Shown here: positions 14,322 through 29,525 of the stretch, one piece after another
Position numbering within the stretch: the stretch's first letter is position 1
Layout: each line of letters opens with the position of its first letter
Assembly (NCBI GenBank): GCA_951406725.2
Contig: OX597828.1
Coordinates: 31,558,001 to 31,622,000 of the forward strand
DNA from: Octopus vulgaris
Taxonomy: Eukaryota
Reading direction: 5' to 3'
Length of the DNA stretch: 64,000 nucleotides
Made by a program: the position numbers and the translations under genes
The notes under the pieces: generated by a model
Told to the model about the DNA's origin: nothing
The model's database searches: none
Seen by the model: only the letters and a program-made list of their open reading frames with translations

Positions 14322-17300
14322 ATGTATGTGTGTGATGCGTGTGTGTATATATGTGTCCATATATATATATTTATATATATATTTGGGTATATTCCTGCAA
14401 AAACATCTACACAAGACACTTAATTCTAACACACGTCACTATTTTCTAACAAACGATTTTCTTGTCACTTTTTTTCTTTAAATTTCCGTTCCGACTCCAC
14501 ATTTTTTTTTACGTTCATTCATTTTTGTTTTCTTCTTTTCTTTTTTTGTTTTCATTTGAGGCTCGTTAATGAATGATCAGTTAATATCCTCCAACATTAT
14601 TTTGCCTGTCGCTGTTTGCTATGGTAACTTTCTTACTGAGTGATGATTACATGTCTCCGAATGTCGACTTTGTATTTGACCACAATTTTTCCATTGTAGA
14701 TTTTCAAAATTCTGAGCTGGTGCAAATATCACAAGAAATCGTAACTGAAAGCATTTCTCTTACTCCGACGCATTCGCCTTCCATCAGTCACTCCGTCTCT
14801 CATCCGCTCACTCACTCAGTCACTCACTCACTCTCTATTTCGACTCTCCCTTCTCCTCTCTCTTTTCCTCCCTCTCCCCTTCCTACACTCATATATTCAC
14901 TCATTCCCTCCCTAAACCCCTCCTTCCGCCTCCCTCCTCTCACTCCTGCACCCTCTTACTTCCTCATTCACTCACTCACTCACTCACTCACTCACTCATT
15001 CACACTATCGCAGTCACCGCTCTTTTGAAGTCAATCACTCCTTTTCAAAAATTTATACTTTCACTTTCGTTTTCCTTTCTTAGCTTTTCATCTTTTTCTC
15101 TCACTTATTCTGCAACTGTATCTTGATATTTCAATTACTTTATATACGCTTAAATATATTAACTTTTATTTAAGCAGTTCTCTCTCTTTATTTCAATATA
15201 CTAATTCTGTTTATTTATCTATCCATTTATCTATTTTTCTTAGATGCACGATCTTATATGACACAAGCATTAATTCTAGTCGGTAACTTTACCACAATAT
15301 CTTGTTCGCTCTACCTATATTTTGTCTGTTATTTTTTACTCCACCTGTAAGCGTTTTCAAGTGTTGCACTTAATACAAATACTAACACAAGCACAGAAAC
15401 AAAATAAACTCTCCCAAGAGCGCACATGCATGTATCTTCTACATATATACACATTTACACGCACATACATATCTGTGTATGTTTGAACGCACGTGTGTGC
15501 ACGATTGAAAGAAAGTTAGATAAATAGTTGATAGTTAGCTAGAAATATAGAGGAACATAGAAGTAGATAGATGGATAGATAAATAGATAAATAGAAAAAT
15601 AAGTTAATAAATAGATAGAGAGATGCGAACATACATATAAACATACGTACATACATTCATACACCAATGCATTGTTTTCCAGATATAATGTTGCTTTCTT
15701 TTCGGTTGTTTTTTCATAGTTCACAGCATTTTTCTATCTCTCTGCTTTTGCACTGTTCATTTCCTGTTCTATTTTCTCCGTATTTATACCGTTCACTCTC
15801 TCTTTCTCACCCTTGCTCTCTAATACCGCTTCCTATTATTATTCGTTCTCATTCCGTCACACTGTCACTCGCTCCATCTATCTACCTAGTTACGTTCCTC
15901 TCTATTTTTCTCTCTCTCTTTCCCTCCCTCTGCCTCCCCTATTACAATACAAGGTCTGCTCGACAGCTTTAGTCTCTTTTTTACTTCAATCATTTGTACG
16001 TAACTTCCTTCACACAAGATCGTGACCGCTTCACAGGGCAGTAAAGGGATGTTTTTAAGGTTTGAGGAGTGCAGAGCGCGCAACTCGCATATGCTTAAGC
16101 GCACGCAGTTGTGATCAGCGACGAAAGTAAAAATTGAAATGTGATGTTTATTTGCGGGCATGATGCATGACATACGACTCTACACTAACATGTGGGCGCG
16201 TTAATTGTTGCTAAATAGTCAGTGAATGAGGTAGTGCCTGATTTGTGAAGGTTTCGGCGGATATACTAATATTTATATATATATTTTCCATTTTACGTAT
16301 ATCATGATTACATGTGTATTGTACTTAGAGAAACCACGCAACGTAAAGCTTCGCAAAAATTTCTCGCCACGCAACGCATTCACATCTATAACAAACAATT
16401 TTCACAACGTATTTATTTCATTTTAATTCTCAACAATTGTTCTTTTTCTTTTTGGCCTTTTTTTTATCTTTCGTTCTTTCTTCCTTCGTTCCTGCTATCG
16501 TTATTCCTACTCGCTCGCGTACTTTGACCATTTATATATATAATTTATTTTATTTTCTTGTTTATTTGCTTATTGCCGTTTCATTTATTTATTGTGCATT
16601 TTCTGAATAACTTCTTTGTGTATTTCATAATCCCGGTTTCAAACACGCACACACACAAAACACATACACACACACATAGACACACATACACACACATATA
16701 GACACACACATATACACACAAACTAACAAACGCGCACATGAATTATCGTAGTGAAAATGGTGTTGCATGTGTCCTTAACAACTGGCGCACTTACAAGTAC
16801 AGACATCTGCTGCACGTAACATACGAACACACGCATCATCAATACATGTGCACACTTAGTGAAAGACGCATTCACACGCGCGCTTAGACTTCAACACCTG
16901 TTTGTATACACACACACACACACACGCGCGCGCGCCTATCTACATACATACATACATACAACACATACATACAACACATACATACACATACATAGTAACA
17001 TATATATATAGAGACATGCATGCGTATAGATATATTCTTTTATAATTATATATGTATAGTGATACATAAATGTCGCTATAGTTATATGTGTATCTCTCTC
17101 TCTCTGTCTCTCTCTCCATATATATATATGTATATATATATTCCTGTAAAGATATGAATGCATGAGTTTTCTCTTATTGCCGTTTCATATACATCATCGT
17201 CTGTGTATCACACGGTATAAGAGGCGAAGCAACCGTAAACGAGAGAGTTAATCCCCACATAAAATATTCTTCAATACAAACTATATACTTATACACACAC

Positions 17301-17616
17301 ACACACACACACACATACACACACATATAAATAAACATACACGCACATATACATTCTGTTCATTCAAATATATATCGTTTTCAAGTAGATTACGTTGATA
17401 ATTCGACACAACAGTGGGTGTTGTGGGTGTTAATACTTCTAAAAAAATAGACAAGATACAGAACCATAGTACCATTGCACATATACACACCTATGCGAAG
17501 AGAGAGACACACATGCATATATATACATTCATATATAGCCATTAATAGGGGCTGTATTCCTACGTATATACATAATCTTTGAGCGCGTGTGTATATATAC
17601 ATACATAAATACATAT

Positions 17617-17703
<87 letters not shown>

Positions 17704-17731
17704 TAGATATATATAGAGACAAGACAGGCAG

Positions 17732-17780
<49 letters not shown>

Positions 17781-18503
17781 TAAATAGATAGATATATAGA
17801 TAGATAGATAGATAGGTTGGTAGGTAGGTAGGTAGGTAGGTAGGTAGGTAGGTAGGTAGGTAGGTAGAATGGTGTGAGGGTAGGTAGCAAGATGCAGCAT
17901 CGGGGTCACTAATTGCTAATTGGTAAATAAGAGACAGTTGTTGGTGAACGGATGTAGAGACAAATTCATTATATAAAAAAAAAAGCGGTTGACAATGACT
18001 TGAAGTTTCACTTGTCGCGAGGCTTGTTGGAACAGTATATGATGCTGTATATGTTGTTCGATGTGTTTGATGTGTTTGTATCCATATGTGCCTGCTTATG
18101 AAGAGAGAAGGAATTCTACAGCACGCTTCATTGCTGATGGCACGACGACCGTCACCGTCACATGTACAACACAACACCAATATCACCCTCACCAGCACCA
18201 ACACCATGTATAATACCCACCAACAATTCCAGTAGCGACCACGACCATCACCTTCAACATCACCATCAATATTATCATCCTTAAAAAACCAAAATAACTC
18301 AGATATATTGTTTGATCTAATTTTTTTTTTTTTACTTTAGCACTAAAATATTGTGGGTAACACATATTGTTATGTCGGGTATTATATGCTCTCAGAGGTA
18401 ACTACTTCTACATCGGAAAAAAAAAAACCAATCCCCTTAAACCAAAACAAAATTGTATGCTACAATACTATTGGATTCATTGTTGTTAGCGCAGTGGCTA
18501 TTG

Positions 18504-18626
<123 letters not shown>

Positions 18627-18745
18627 GCTGTTGTTCTTAAAGAAACATATTAAGAGTACATTTACTTACAGATAATTACCATATACATTATACGATTTAT
18701 ATTATTGCTTACTTGAATAACCAGCATAATAATTAATTGCAACAA

Positions 18746-18825
<80 letters not shown>

Positions 18826-18868
18826 TATATTTATATATCCATACGAGGATAATTCATTCAACTACTTA

Positions 18869-18919
<51 letters not shown>

Positions 18920-19512
18920 CGCTATATTTATTATAAGCTTATTGTTTCCCGGGTTTTTATTTAACATTTTTTTTTCTTTCTTTTTGCTTTCAAATTTCTT
19001 TCGTAATTTTTTTTGTTTTTCTTATTTGTTTTAGTTTTCCTTGTTTGTTTCGATACTTTCGTTCATTCGTCTTCTTACTTTCTTTCCATCAGCAATCACT
19101 CACCTCACCTCCTCCTTATTCGTTCATTCACTCTTCACTGCAACTCGTTTATGTGTAGCCTGCTGAATCTAACAATCACGGACAGAGTCGCTGCACAATA
19201 CACTTCCTTCTTTTCCTTCCTCCTCTCCGTTTTTCATTTTATTTATTTATTCATTCATCATTTCCTTTTTTTTTTTTTTTTTGTACTTTTCGTAGTTGTT
19301 TGTTTGATAGTGTTTGCTTTTATAAGTGTTTTTTTTTTGTTATCAGACAGTCTATACGTTATATTTTCATTTATCTTCCTTTCTACCATACTTAACTTTT
19401 CGCCAAATACTTATACATCGCTACCTACAAGCACAGTGAACACATTGAGCACATGTTTTTACATACACACCAACACACATACACGCACAAATAGAGAAAG
19501 ATAGAGAGGAGA

Positions 19513-19543
<31 letters not shown>

Positions 19544-19969
19544 TATCGAGAGATAGACTACCTCAAACGTTGTTTTATCTTGTCACACACACACACACAC
19601 ACACACGCACACACACACCTACATTCTAACTTCTCTGTCTCCCTCTCTTTCATTTCATTCTTACTTCCTGTCTTCCTTCCTTCTCTTCCTCCGTTTCATT
19701 TCTCCCTTTCGTTCCATCTTTTCTTCCTTCATTCCCCTCTCATTCCTTACTTAGGTTTCTCGCTTTGGTTAAATTTTTTTTCTATTCTTTCGTTCGTTCG
19801 TTTGTTTCGCTTCGTTATTTTGTGTTTGTTTTTTTCTTATTTCTTTAATATATATTTTTGAACTGTTGTTTTTATTTTGGTTTTTACCTTCTTTGTACCT
19901 CCTCCCTTGCTGCCCCTCTTGGTTGCCTCAATATCCCCCCCATCCTCTCCGCCGCCCTTCCGGTTTCAG

Positions 19970-20094
19970 AACATCACATCACAACACATCACATCACAAT
20001 CACATCACATCACACAATATAAAGTCTTCTTACTCGACTGACATCGGCGCCGACACCAGTCGTGTGGCTTGCAGTGGCCAACAATTGTTAGACC
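19970..20094 (+). other. 5' UTR part of the first coding exon (3' splice acceptor ccttccggtttcag at 19956-19969)
   Basis: Long pyrimidine-rich tract ending in TTTCAG. No upstream ATG within the exon. In-frame TAG at 20089-20091 just before the ATG. Confidence 0.6.
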
Positions 20095-20208
20095 ATGCCG
20101 TCACTACACTGCTTCGCTGTGCACATACTGTTTTTACTATTGGCTATTACTGGTTCCTTAAGTTTACTGATGGGGGATCGTCAAAACAGGTTTACAACAC
20201 ATAGACAG
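20095..20208 (+). CDS. First coding exon of a secreted or membrane protein: MPSLHCFAVHILFLLLAITGSLSLLMGDRQNRFTTHRQ (signal-peptide-like N-terminus), phase-0 donor
   Basis: accATG with A at -3, upstream in-frame stop, hydrophobic core FAVHILFLLLAI followed by small residues (TGSLS). Ends at a strong donor CAG|GTAAGC (GT 20209-20210). Too short for the ORF track. Confidence 0.72.
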
Positions 20209-20667
20209 GTAAGCGCATTATGTTCCTTAACAAAGATGCAAAAAAGGAAGGAAAAAAAACAATAAAATGAATAATAAAAACTTATCTTTTAAAACTATAT
20301 TTACAAATATAAGCAAGAATATATAATTGAATTTTGCAGATACAATTTAATTTACTTTCTGTCATCCTACTTTTGTGAGATTCCTTTTTTTTTTTATATC
20401 GCATTCATCCTACATAATTCCATCATCCTTCTATAGCAACTCACGGTCTCTCCATTTCTCTATTAGAGTCTTGTTCGCATAAACTCTGTAACTCAATAGT
20501 AGTGTTACTTTCTACATAGTATCATTCCTCTGTCTCCACAATTTGCTGCAGCTCTTCCTTCACAATTTAAAAGCACTATTTCATTATACATACACACACA
20601 CACATACATATATACTGACATATACATACATATATAAATATATATATATAAATATATAAATATATAA

Positions 20668-20700
<33 letters not shown>

Positions 20701-20716
20701 CTCACACACACACATG

Positions 20717-20783
<67 letters not shown>

Positions 20784-21034
20784 ATATATACATACATACA
20801 TACATATATTCACATAATCGCTATCATTCAATATATTTATTCATATAACATCTTCGCCACCTGTCTACCTCCCGGAATAGTTTACATCTTAATAACTTGT
20901 TTATACATACATACACAAGAATATATACACACATATATGTAAGTAATTGCGCGCTTGTGTGCGATCATGTACACGTTCTTGCGATTCATTTCCGAATATC
21001 ATCTGACAAGAAAAGTTCTATCTACTAGAAAACT

Positions 21035-21092
21035 TCCATCCATCTATCTATCTATCTACCTATCTACCTATCTACCTATCTATCTATCTATA

Positions 21093-21125
<33 letters not shown>

Positions 21126-21159
21126 GTCAATAAATCTATCTATTTATCTATCATCTATA

Positions 21160-21214
<55 letters not shown>

Positions 21215-21296
21215 ATATCTATCTATCTGTCAGTCTGTCTATCTGTCTGGCTATGTATATCTATCTATCTATCTATCTATATATCTATATATCTAC

Positions 21297-21334
<38 letters not shown>

Positions 21335-21389
21335 CTCTATCTATCTATCTACCTATCTATCTATCAGACTATCTATCTATCTATCTATA

Positions 21390-21430
<41 letters not shown>

Positions 21431-21590
21431 CTATATCTATCAGACTATCTATCTGTTTATTTATATATCTCTCTATCTATATCTTATCTATGCATCCTTC
21501 TATCCCTTTTTTTTTTATCTATCTATGTGTTTAATTATCTATCTGTCAATCTATTTATCTATCCATTTATCCATCAATCCATCCATCTGT
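21035..21590. repeat. (TATC)n tetranucleotide microsatellite array
   Basis: Direct reading; source of the 238-aa 'YLSI' ORF. Confidence 0.95.
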
Positions 21591-22017
21591 TTACCTATCA
21601 AAGTATGTATGTATCGGCATGTCCTTCGGATATATTGGGTAACCATGCGTACGTGTACAATAAATGAATAACACACGCGCTCACTCATTTGTGTGTATTG
21701 AGTGTTTATAGGTAGATAGATCGATAGATACATAGATACATAGATTTATGAGAGTTACGCGTATGTATGTGCTTAATAACATAGCTAAATACTTTACTCT
21801 CATATCGTAATATTTGTATAGTTTCCTCAATATTTGCTTTCAAAAAGAAATAAACACAACCGATATCATTTCAATCAGTTACTTTTAATTTTCGTATTCG
21901 TTATATTTTCATAACCATCAATCATTCTATCGATCAGGCCTTTATGATATATGTGTGTGTGTGAGTGTGTGTGTGTGTGTGCATGTGTGTATATATATAT
22001 GTACGTACATATATATA

Positions 22018-22082
<65 letters not shown>

Positions 22083-22116
22083 GTATATATATATGTATAT
22101 CTATACACTTATATAA

Positions 22117-22151
<35 letters not shown>

Positions 22152-22439
22152 TAAATATATATGTGAGTATATATATATGTATATATATATATATGTATAT
22201 ATATGTATATGTGTGTGTATATATATATATGTATATATATATATATGCCAATCTCTATTTATATCTATCAATGTACCACTATTTCATTCTATCTATCAAT
22301 ACATCGATCATTTTGAACACATCGAATCGATCAATTGAATAAGGCAAATCTTTGCTTCTCTACATTCTCTCTAACTCCCATTCTTCTTTCTTATACACAT
22401 TCACATATCCATACACAGACACACAGATATGTATGTATG

Positions 22440-22502
<63 letters not shown>

Positions 22503-23674
22503 TTCTGTGTGTGTGTATATATATATACATATACATGTATATACACTCACATATATACACACATATATACACATAAATATATATATAGTTTTACCAAATA
22601 AGTGCATACATATATGAGTTTACGTTTGCACATGTGTGTGTGTGCGTGTGTCTGTACGTGTGTGTGTGTGTGTTTGCTTATCGATCCAAGTTTATGATTC
22701 CTTAGAATTTATTGATCTAGGCATAACTAACACTTTATAATCTGTCGAACTTATTTTGCATATATTTCTACATACCTTCACATATGTGTATTATGTGTGT
22801 GTTTGTGCGGGCGCGTGTGTTTGTGTGTGTTTGTGTGTGCGTGTGTATAGTATGTATATCTATATATTTATATACATATTGATTGTTGATTGACTGATTG
22901 ATTGATTGATAGACAGACGTTCAGACAGATAGAAGGACATGTAGACAGATAGGCAGATAGACAGTCAGACAGACTGACAGACGCACATACGGAGGGGTAG
23001 ATAGATAGACAGATAGATAGATATATAGATAGAAAGATAGATATATGCAGATTTATACAGGTATGTATATATTAATGTAACCTGTAATTACATATGTAAC
23101 GAGGCTTAAATGATGATTTCTGAGATATTCTTTTATATATTTACAATTATCCCTGGCATCAACTTAATATATGGCCATTCCCGTTATGTTGGAATGCTTG
23201 TGTCTATGTCTTTCTTTAAGTGAATTAGTAAGAATGTATAAGTTTCTTGCTGTGAAATTGTTATATATTTATATCTATTTATGCGCCTTCGTTTGGTGAT
23301 TTTTGTCTACGTACATGAGAGTTCACGTCAGGCATTTTATATTTCGTATAGCATTAATGAAGAGAGTGTTAGTATCTCACTGAAGAAACATAATTATGAA
23401 AATATTTATATATATGTCCAGTTCCAAGAAGCATAGAAGCTCAACCTGAGGAAATTCCCATGCATGCTACATGAAACACCACACATGCGATGACGCCGCA
23501 CATTCTATATCATAAACTCATACATACTTCAATATAAACAGTTACAACACATGTCCATATATATAAATATATATATATATATATTTATATCTTTACATAT
23601 ATATATATATACACATATATATATTTACATATATATATACTTATATATATTTACATATATATATATATATATGC

Positions 23675-23745
<71 letters not shown>

Positions 23746-24107
23746 GTGTGTGTGTGTGTGTGTGTGTGTACATATGCATATGAAAACACTCGTATATATG
23801 CACACAAGCCACAGTGAGGGAGCCTGCATGGCGGTACTCAACATAGCATATCTCGTTGTAAAGAATATCTTACGTTCATAAATATGGAAATAATGCATTA
23901 CATAATTTAGTCCATAATGGATTGCGAAATGATGGCTGGAACACAATTTTCTTAAGAGTGCTGAATTATGGCAAACTTCAGTTTGAACAGTCAAAGCCTT
24001 TACCAATAAGCATAATACATAAATACACATCCACCCAAACACTCTCACGCACTCACACCCACACGCCTATATACATATAAATGTATATAGGTAGATGTGC
24101 GTGCCTC

Positions 24108-24153
<46 letters not shown>

Positions 24154-24789
24154 GGCACCTATATGGTCAGAAATGACTGTATATTTACATATAATACACG
24201 TGTGTATAAGTTACGCTTGTGTCTATGTATATAAATGCCTCTGTGTATGTACGTATATATATATATATACATACATAAATACATGCATATATATATATAT
24301 ATGCACATACGTATATCACACACGCATATATATATGCACCAGTGCCAGTCTGTATATAGGCATGCATGTGCCGCTGTGTATGTCAGTGTGTGACTGCGTA
24401 TGTTTGTATATATATGTGTGTATGTGTGCGCGCGTGTATATATGTGTGGATAGATGTGAGCTGAGTTAGTTATCAACGAGTTGTACATTATCAATAGTGT
24501 TACACACCCTTCGAAGCATATATCAATACATCATGTTGTCATCGCTAATATCGTATATTTCAGTGGTTTGCTTTATTGAAGAAGTCAGAAATTAGTAGTG
24601 CCATGAAGTTGTCTCTAATGCCGCAGTTTTGTAAAGATACCAAGCTTGGATACAAATTGAATTACGGCTACACTTTCCTCTTTGCCGCTATCTAGTATCT
24701 GCTTTCGTGACACTCAGTAACCCATGAAATATCACGATATATATATATATATCTGTGTTTGTGATTGTGTTTTTGTGTGTGTGTATATG

Positions 24790-24822
<33 letters not shown>

Positions 24823-24829
24823 ATCTATT

Positions 24830-24881
<52 letters not shown>

Positions 24882-24980
24882 TATTTCTATATCTATATCG
24901 ATTTATCAATACATATACCTATCTATCTGTTATCTGTGTATCTATTAATCTATCTATCTATCTCTATATATCTATCTATA

Positions 24981-25021
<41 letters not shown>

Positions 25022-25041
25022 CTCTCTCTCTATATATATAT

Positions 25042-25074
<33 letters not shown>

Positions 25075-25724
25075 CACATATAGACCTACAGCATACATAC
25101 AATCAATTATACATGCATGTATATTTGCATAACCATGTAAGTGAACGCACATGCACAGGCAGATATGTGTATGTTTGTGTAGTATATAAGCATACAGAAG
25201 CGCTCACGCACGCGCGCGCAAAATCATACACATAAGTAGGGAAAGTCCCTCTCGTGTGGGTACAGAAAATGCTTATTTCTAATCCTAATCAATTTTTTTT
25301 TTCCAAACGATGTAAAATAGCAAATTCATTGATCGTTTTTCTCTTAAAGTTCCACAACTACATTTCATTCGAACCCGGTATTTTGGGGCGACAAGAAAAT
25401 ACTGGGTTTTCACAATCTGATGCCTATGCAGTATAATGATGGAGATTGTAAATTCGGTCACTTTATGAGATTTCGCAGGCAATTAAATAAAAAATTGAAG
25501 GATGCACGTCGCATGTGATCTCGTTTAAGAAAACGACTGAATTATTATTAAACTTGGAAACACTTTTTTACAATTCTACTTGACTATGAGCAACACATCA
25601 AAACAGCATTTGGTACCAGTAATATCAAACAAGCCCCTCTTATCTGCCAATGTCTCACGTGTTGTATTGGATTCTTCTGTGACTTTGTGTTTGTTCCCAA
25701 CGCGCCTTTGCAATTCGTGTCTGC

Positions 25725-25880
25725 TTAAGTTCTCATAATTTTGTGGTTCGATAAAATAGAACTACAGAATGAATGACAGGCGTTAATAAAAGTAAGTAAT
25801 GCAATCAATTTCTTCAACGAATACTTTTCATGGCGATGCCCCAGCATGACCGCTGTCGAATAACTGAAACAGGTCAAAGG
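25725..25880 (-). mobile_element. SINE family A-related remnant (3' part)
   Basis: ggcgatgccccagcatgaccgc...taactgaaacagg resembles the family A 3' end. Diverged, and orientation within the fragment is uncertain. Confidence 0.45.
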
Positions 25881-26315
25881 TAGAAGATATGAAAAAAAAA
25901 AACACGTGAATACGTACATAGAATAATGCAAACACACATATATAGGTACAAAGATATGGAGGTTAGAGCTTGTGTATGTGTGTGCGTGTGTGTATGTTCT
26001 GGTAGTTGTGTCACCACAGGTCAGCGTCAATGGAGCTGAACTACGATCAAAGAAATTTCAAGTAGTACCATTCCGGCTCTATCTTTCTTTCCATCCCTTT
26101 CTCTCTCTTTCTCTTTGCATTGCAGAAATAGCATTGTCCAACGTATCAGTCTTTACTTAAGACTACAGGAGGTTACATGAATAAAATTTTGCTAATATTT
26201 CGTTCCTGCCTTTTCGGTCCCCACTTCATATTCTGGAGAAAGAAACGTGTAGTTTCCGTCACATTATCTTCATATTTACTCTCATATATCGGCTACCATA
26301 TACATAAATGTATGT

Positions 26316-26357
<42 letters not shown>

Positions 26358-26416
26358 ATATGTGTCTTTCCATCTGCCTGTAATTTGTCTCTGTATATAC
26401 ATTGATATAGATATAC

Positions 26417-26884
<468 letters not shown>

Positions 26885-26926
26885 ATATATATCTAAATAT
26901 ATAAATATATATATATATATATAAAT

Positions 26927-26965
<39 letters not shown>

Positions 26966-28653
26966 CATATGTATGTATATATATATGTTTACATATACAT
27001 ACATACATATATTCATACTTACGTACTTACGGACATACACAGGCAAACAGTCTGAGAACATTGAAGCATAGAAAGCATAGAAAGACATGTAGAGTATTAA
27101 ACACTACTCTGTATTATATACTATATTTCTCTATGCAAGAATGATTTAGTAATCCGAATCAAAGTTTCGTACCCAGAGACAAATAAATAATTTTGCAGTC
27201 TTTTAACGTACGGTGCTAAATTCTCGCTCTCTTTATGTGTGCATACTTATATATGTACTAAACATCGTTATCTTCGCTAGAAGTCTCTTGCACGTGTACA
27301 TGCTTATTGATAATTCGTATACATTTTGTGCCACATCTGTATCTCATTGTTATGTAGTGGTGTATAAGAAAGTACTATGTGGGGTATCTTGATTCTGAAC
27401 CTACATATCTGCCTACCAAACATACATAGATACATATGTTCATACGTACATAGAGACAGACACGCATACATTACGTACATACATATATACGAGCATACTT
27501 CCACACATACGTATATGCATGTATGTATACACTTGTTTATTAGGGTGCAAGTGCGGTAACTAGACACATAAATCTCACGTGGTATATCTTATTTCATGAA
27601 TTTAGATACTTATTTACGAAGCATGCTCTACGACTAATGAGAAATTAACGAGGTCTCTGCTACTTCGAACAATTATCACCAATATCCACATATCGAAATA
27701 ATACTTTTACATTTATTTCACAATAACTTGCTTAATTTCAATTTTGCCACGACTACTGAAGCCATCATCTGAGGATGACAGTTCTAGATTCCCAAAGGTT
27801 TTAACCTCTAGGTTTGAATATAATGCAACTGGCGAGCAGACACACTCATGACCTATATAGCGGCGACATGTGTCTGTGCGTGAGTGTTGGGTGTATATAT
27901 AATAAATACTGGAATACATATTTAGGCTCTAGGTTTCGTTCAACCAGCTGATAGGAAAAATCGACTGAAATACCAATGGTAAAAAATAGGATTCATTATT
28001 TAAATTATTTAAGTTATAATAAACAGCTATCATGTACTACATACCTCTAGCTAGCTTCCGTACGCTAGTTCAGGTGCACGATTCATTTAGAATCATACAT
28101 GTACACAAGTGTTGGGGTAAGTGAATGTCGGTTTTGTGTTTGGAGACTTAAGTTTGAACATTTTACATGTAACCATCAAGTGTGCTTCTGAGTGAATACC
28201 AATTAAACATTTTCATTGCACGTTGTCAGCTCATATTTTTGCAAGTGCTCCGCCACGTTTCATAGCATGATAATGCTAATATTAACTGTTTCATACAAAA
28301 AGCGCTTGTTATTCCATAAAAGGCTTGCTGCGAATCTCTAGAGAAAAAATCCAGAGGTATTCAGCTATACAAACCTTTCTGTTCGTAAGATCATGCAACA
28401 TCAAATTAATGATGATGAAACACATGGATCTATTGTCATACTATCAACTCCAAGATACGCACATTTTTATAGGAACACAGCTAACAAGAGGTAAATTGCA
28501 TGTAGACACCTGTACATTTAACGGCACCAATATATTTACACGTATAAACGTGTATGAATATGTATATCTATCTATCAATCTCTCTCACTCTCCCTCTCTC
28601 CCTATCTCCCTCCCTCTCTCCCTCCCTCTCTCCCTCTCTCTCTCCCTCTCTCC

Positions 28654-28686
<33 letters not shown>

Positions 28687-28713
28687 CACATATATTCGTA
28701 TGTGTATATATGT

Positions 28714-29146
28714 GCGCAGGAATGGCTGTGTGGTAAGAATCTTGCTTCGCAACCACATGGTTCTGGGTTTAATCGCACTGCGTGGCATCTTCAAGGAGTG
28801 TCTTCTAGTATAGCTTCAGACCGACCAGAAAATTGTGAGTGGACTTGGTAGATAGAAACTGAACGACGTCTGTAGTGCATATGTGTATGTGTGTGTGTGT
28901 GTGTGTGTTTGTGTGTGTTTATGCATGTATCTGTGTGTTCTTGTTGTGCCTCCTACTATTGCTTATCAACCGACGTGTGGTGTGTTTACGTCCCCGTAAC
29001 TTAGCGGTTCGGCTAATAAGTAGAATAAGTAGTAGGCTTACAGAAATATAAGCCCAGGGGACGAGTTTTTCGACTAAAGGCGGTGCTCTAGCCCAGCGAC
29101 AGTTACATAATTGATAAAATGAATAACAGAAAACAAGTGAAGAATA
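28714..29146 (+). mobile_element. SINE family A, near full length
   Basis: A-box tggctgtgtgg, B-box-like ggtttaatcg, internal (TG)n, 3' tttacgtccccgtaacttagcggttcggc...cgactaaaggcggtgctc. Confidence 0.88.
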
Positions 29147-29163
29147 CCTATATACATATGCAC

Positions 29164-29400
29164 ATTATCATCATTGTATAACGTCCGTTCTCTATGCTAG
29201 CATGGGTTGGACGGTTCGACTGGGGATCTGGGAAGCCAGAAGGCTGCACCAGGCTCCAGTCTGATCTTGCAGTGTTTCTACAGCTGGATGCCTCTCCATG
29301 AGTGTAGTGAGTGCTTTTTACGTGTCACCGGCACGGAAGCCAGGCAAGGCGGCGCTGGCATAGGCCAGGTTCGGAGGGTGCTTTTTGGATGCCACCGGCA
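29164..29400 (-). mobile_element. 3' end of an RTE-type LINE or LINE-tailed SINE
   Basis: Minus strand ends cgtccaacccatgctagcatagagaacggacgttatacaatgatgat with a (GAT)n-like tail. Internal short duplication gtgctttt..g..accggcac. Family recognised from memory only. Confidence 0.55.
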
Positions 29401-29457
29401 CATATATATATATACCTATTTATATATATATATATATGCATACACACACATACATAT

Positions 29458-29525
<68 letters not shown>

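Noticed and set aside
14640-14715. GTGATGA ... CTGA spacing like a C/D box snoRNA
   Set aside because: No convincing terminal stem, C'/D' boxes or rRNA-complementary guide.
16227-16248. TGAGGTAGT (let-7 5' end); also near 1603 and 32101
   Set aside because: Match stops after 9 nt; no let-7 3' sequence or hairpin.
17969-18015. TATATAAA followed by TCACTT as a TATA/Inr core promoter
   Set aside because: Spacing of about 40 nt is off, and such motifs are common in this AT-rich background.
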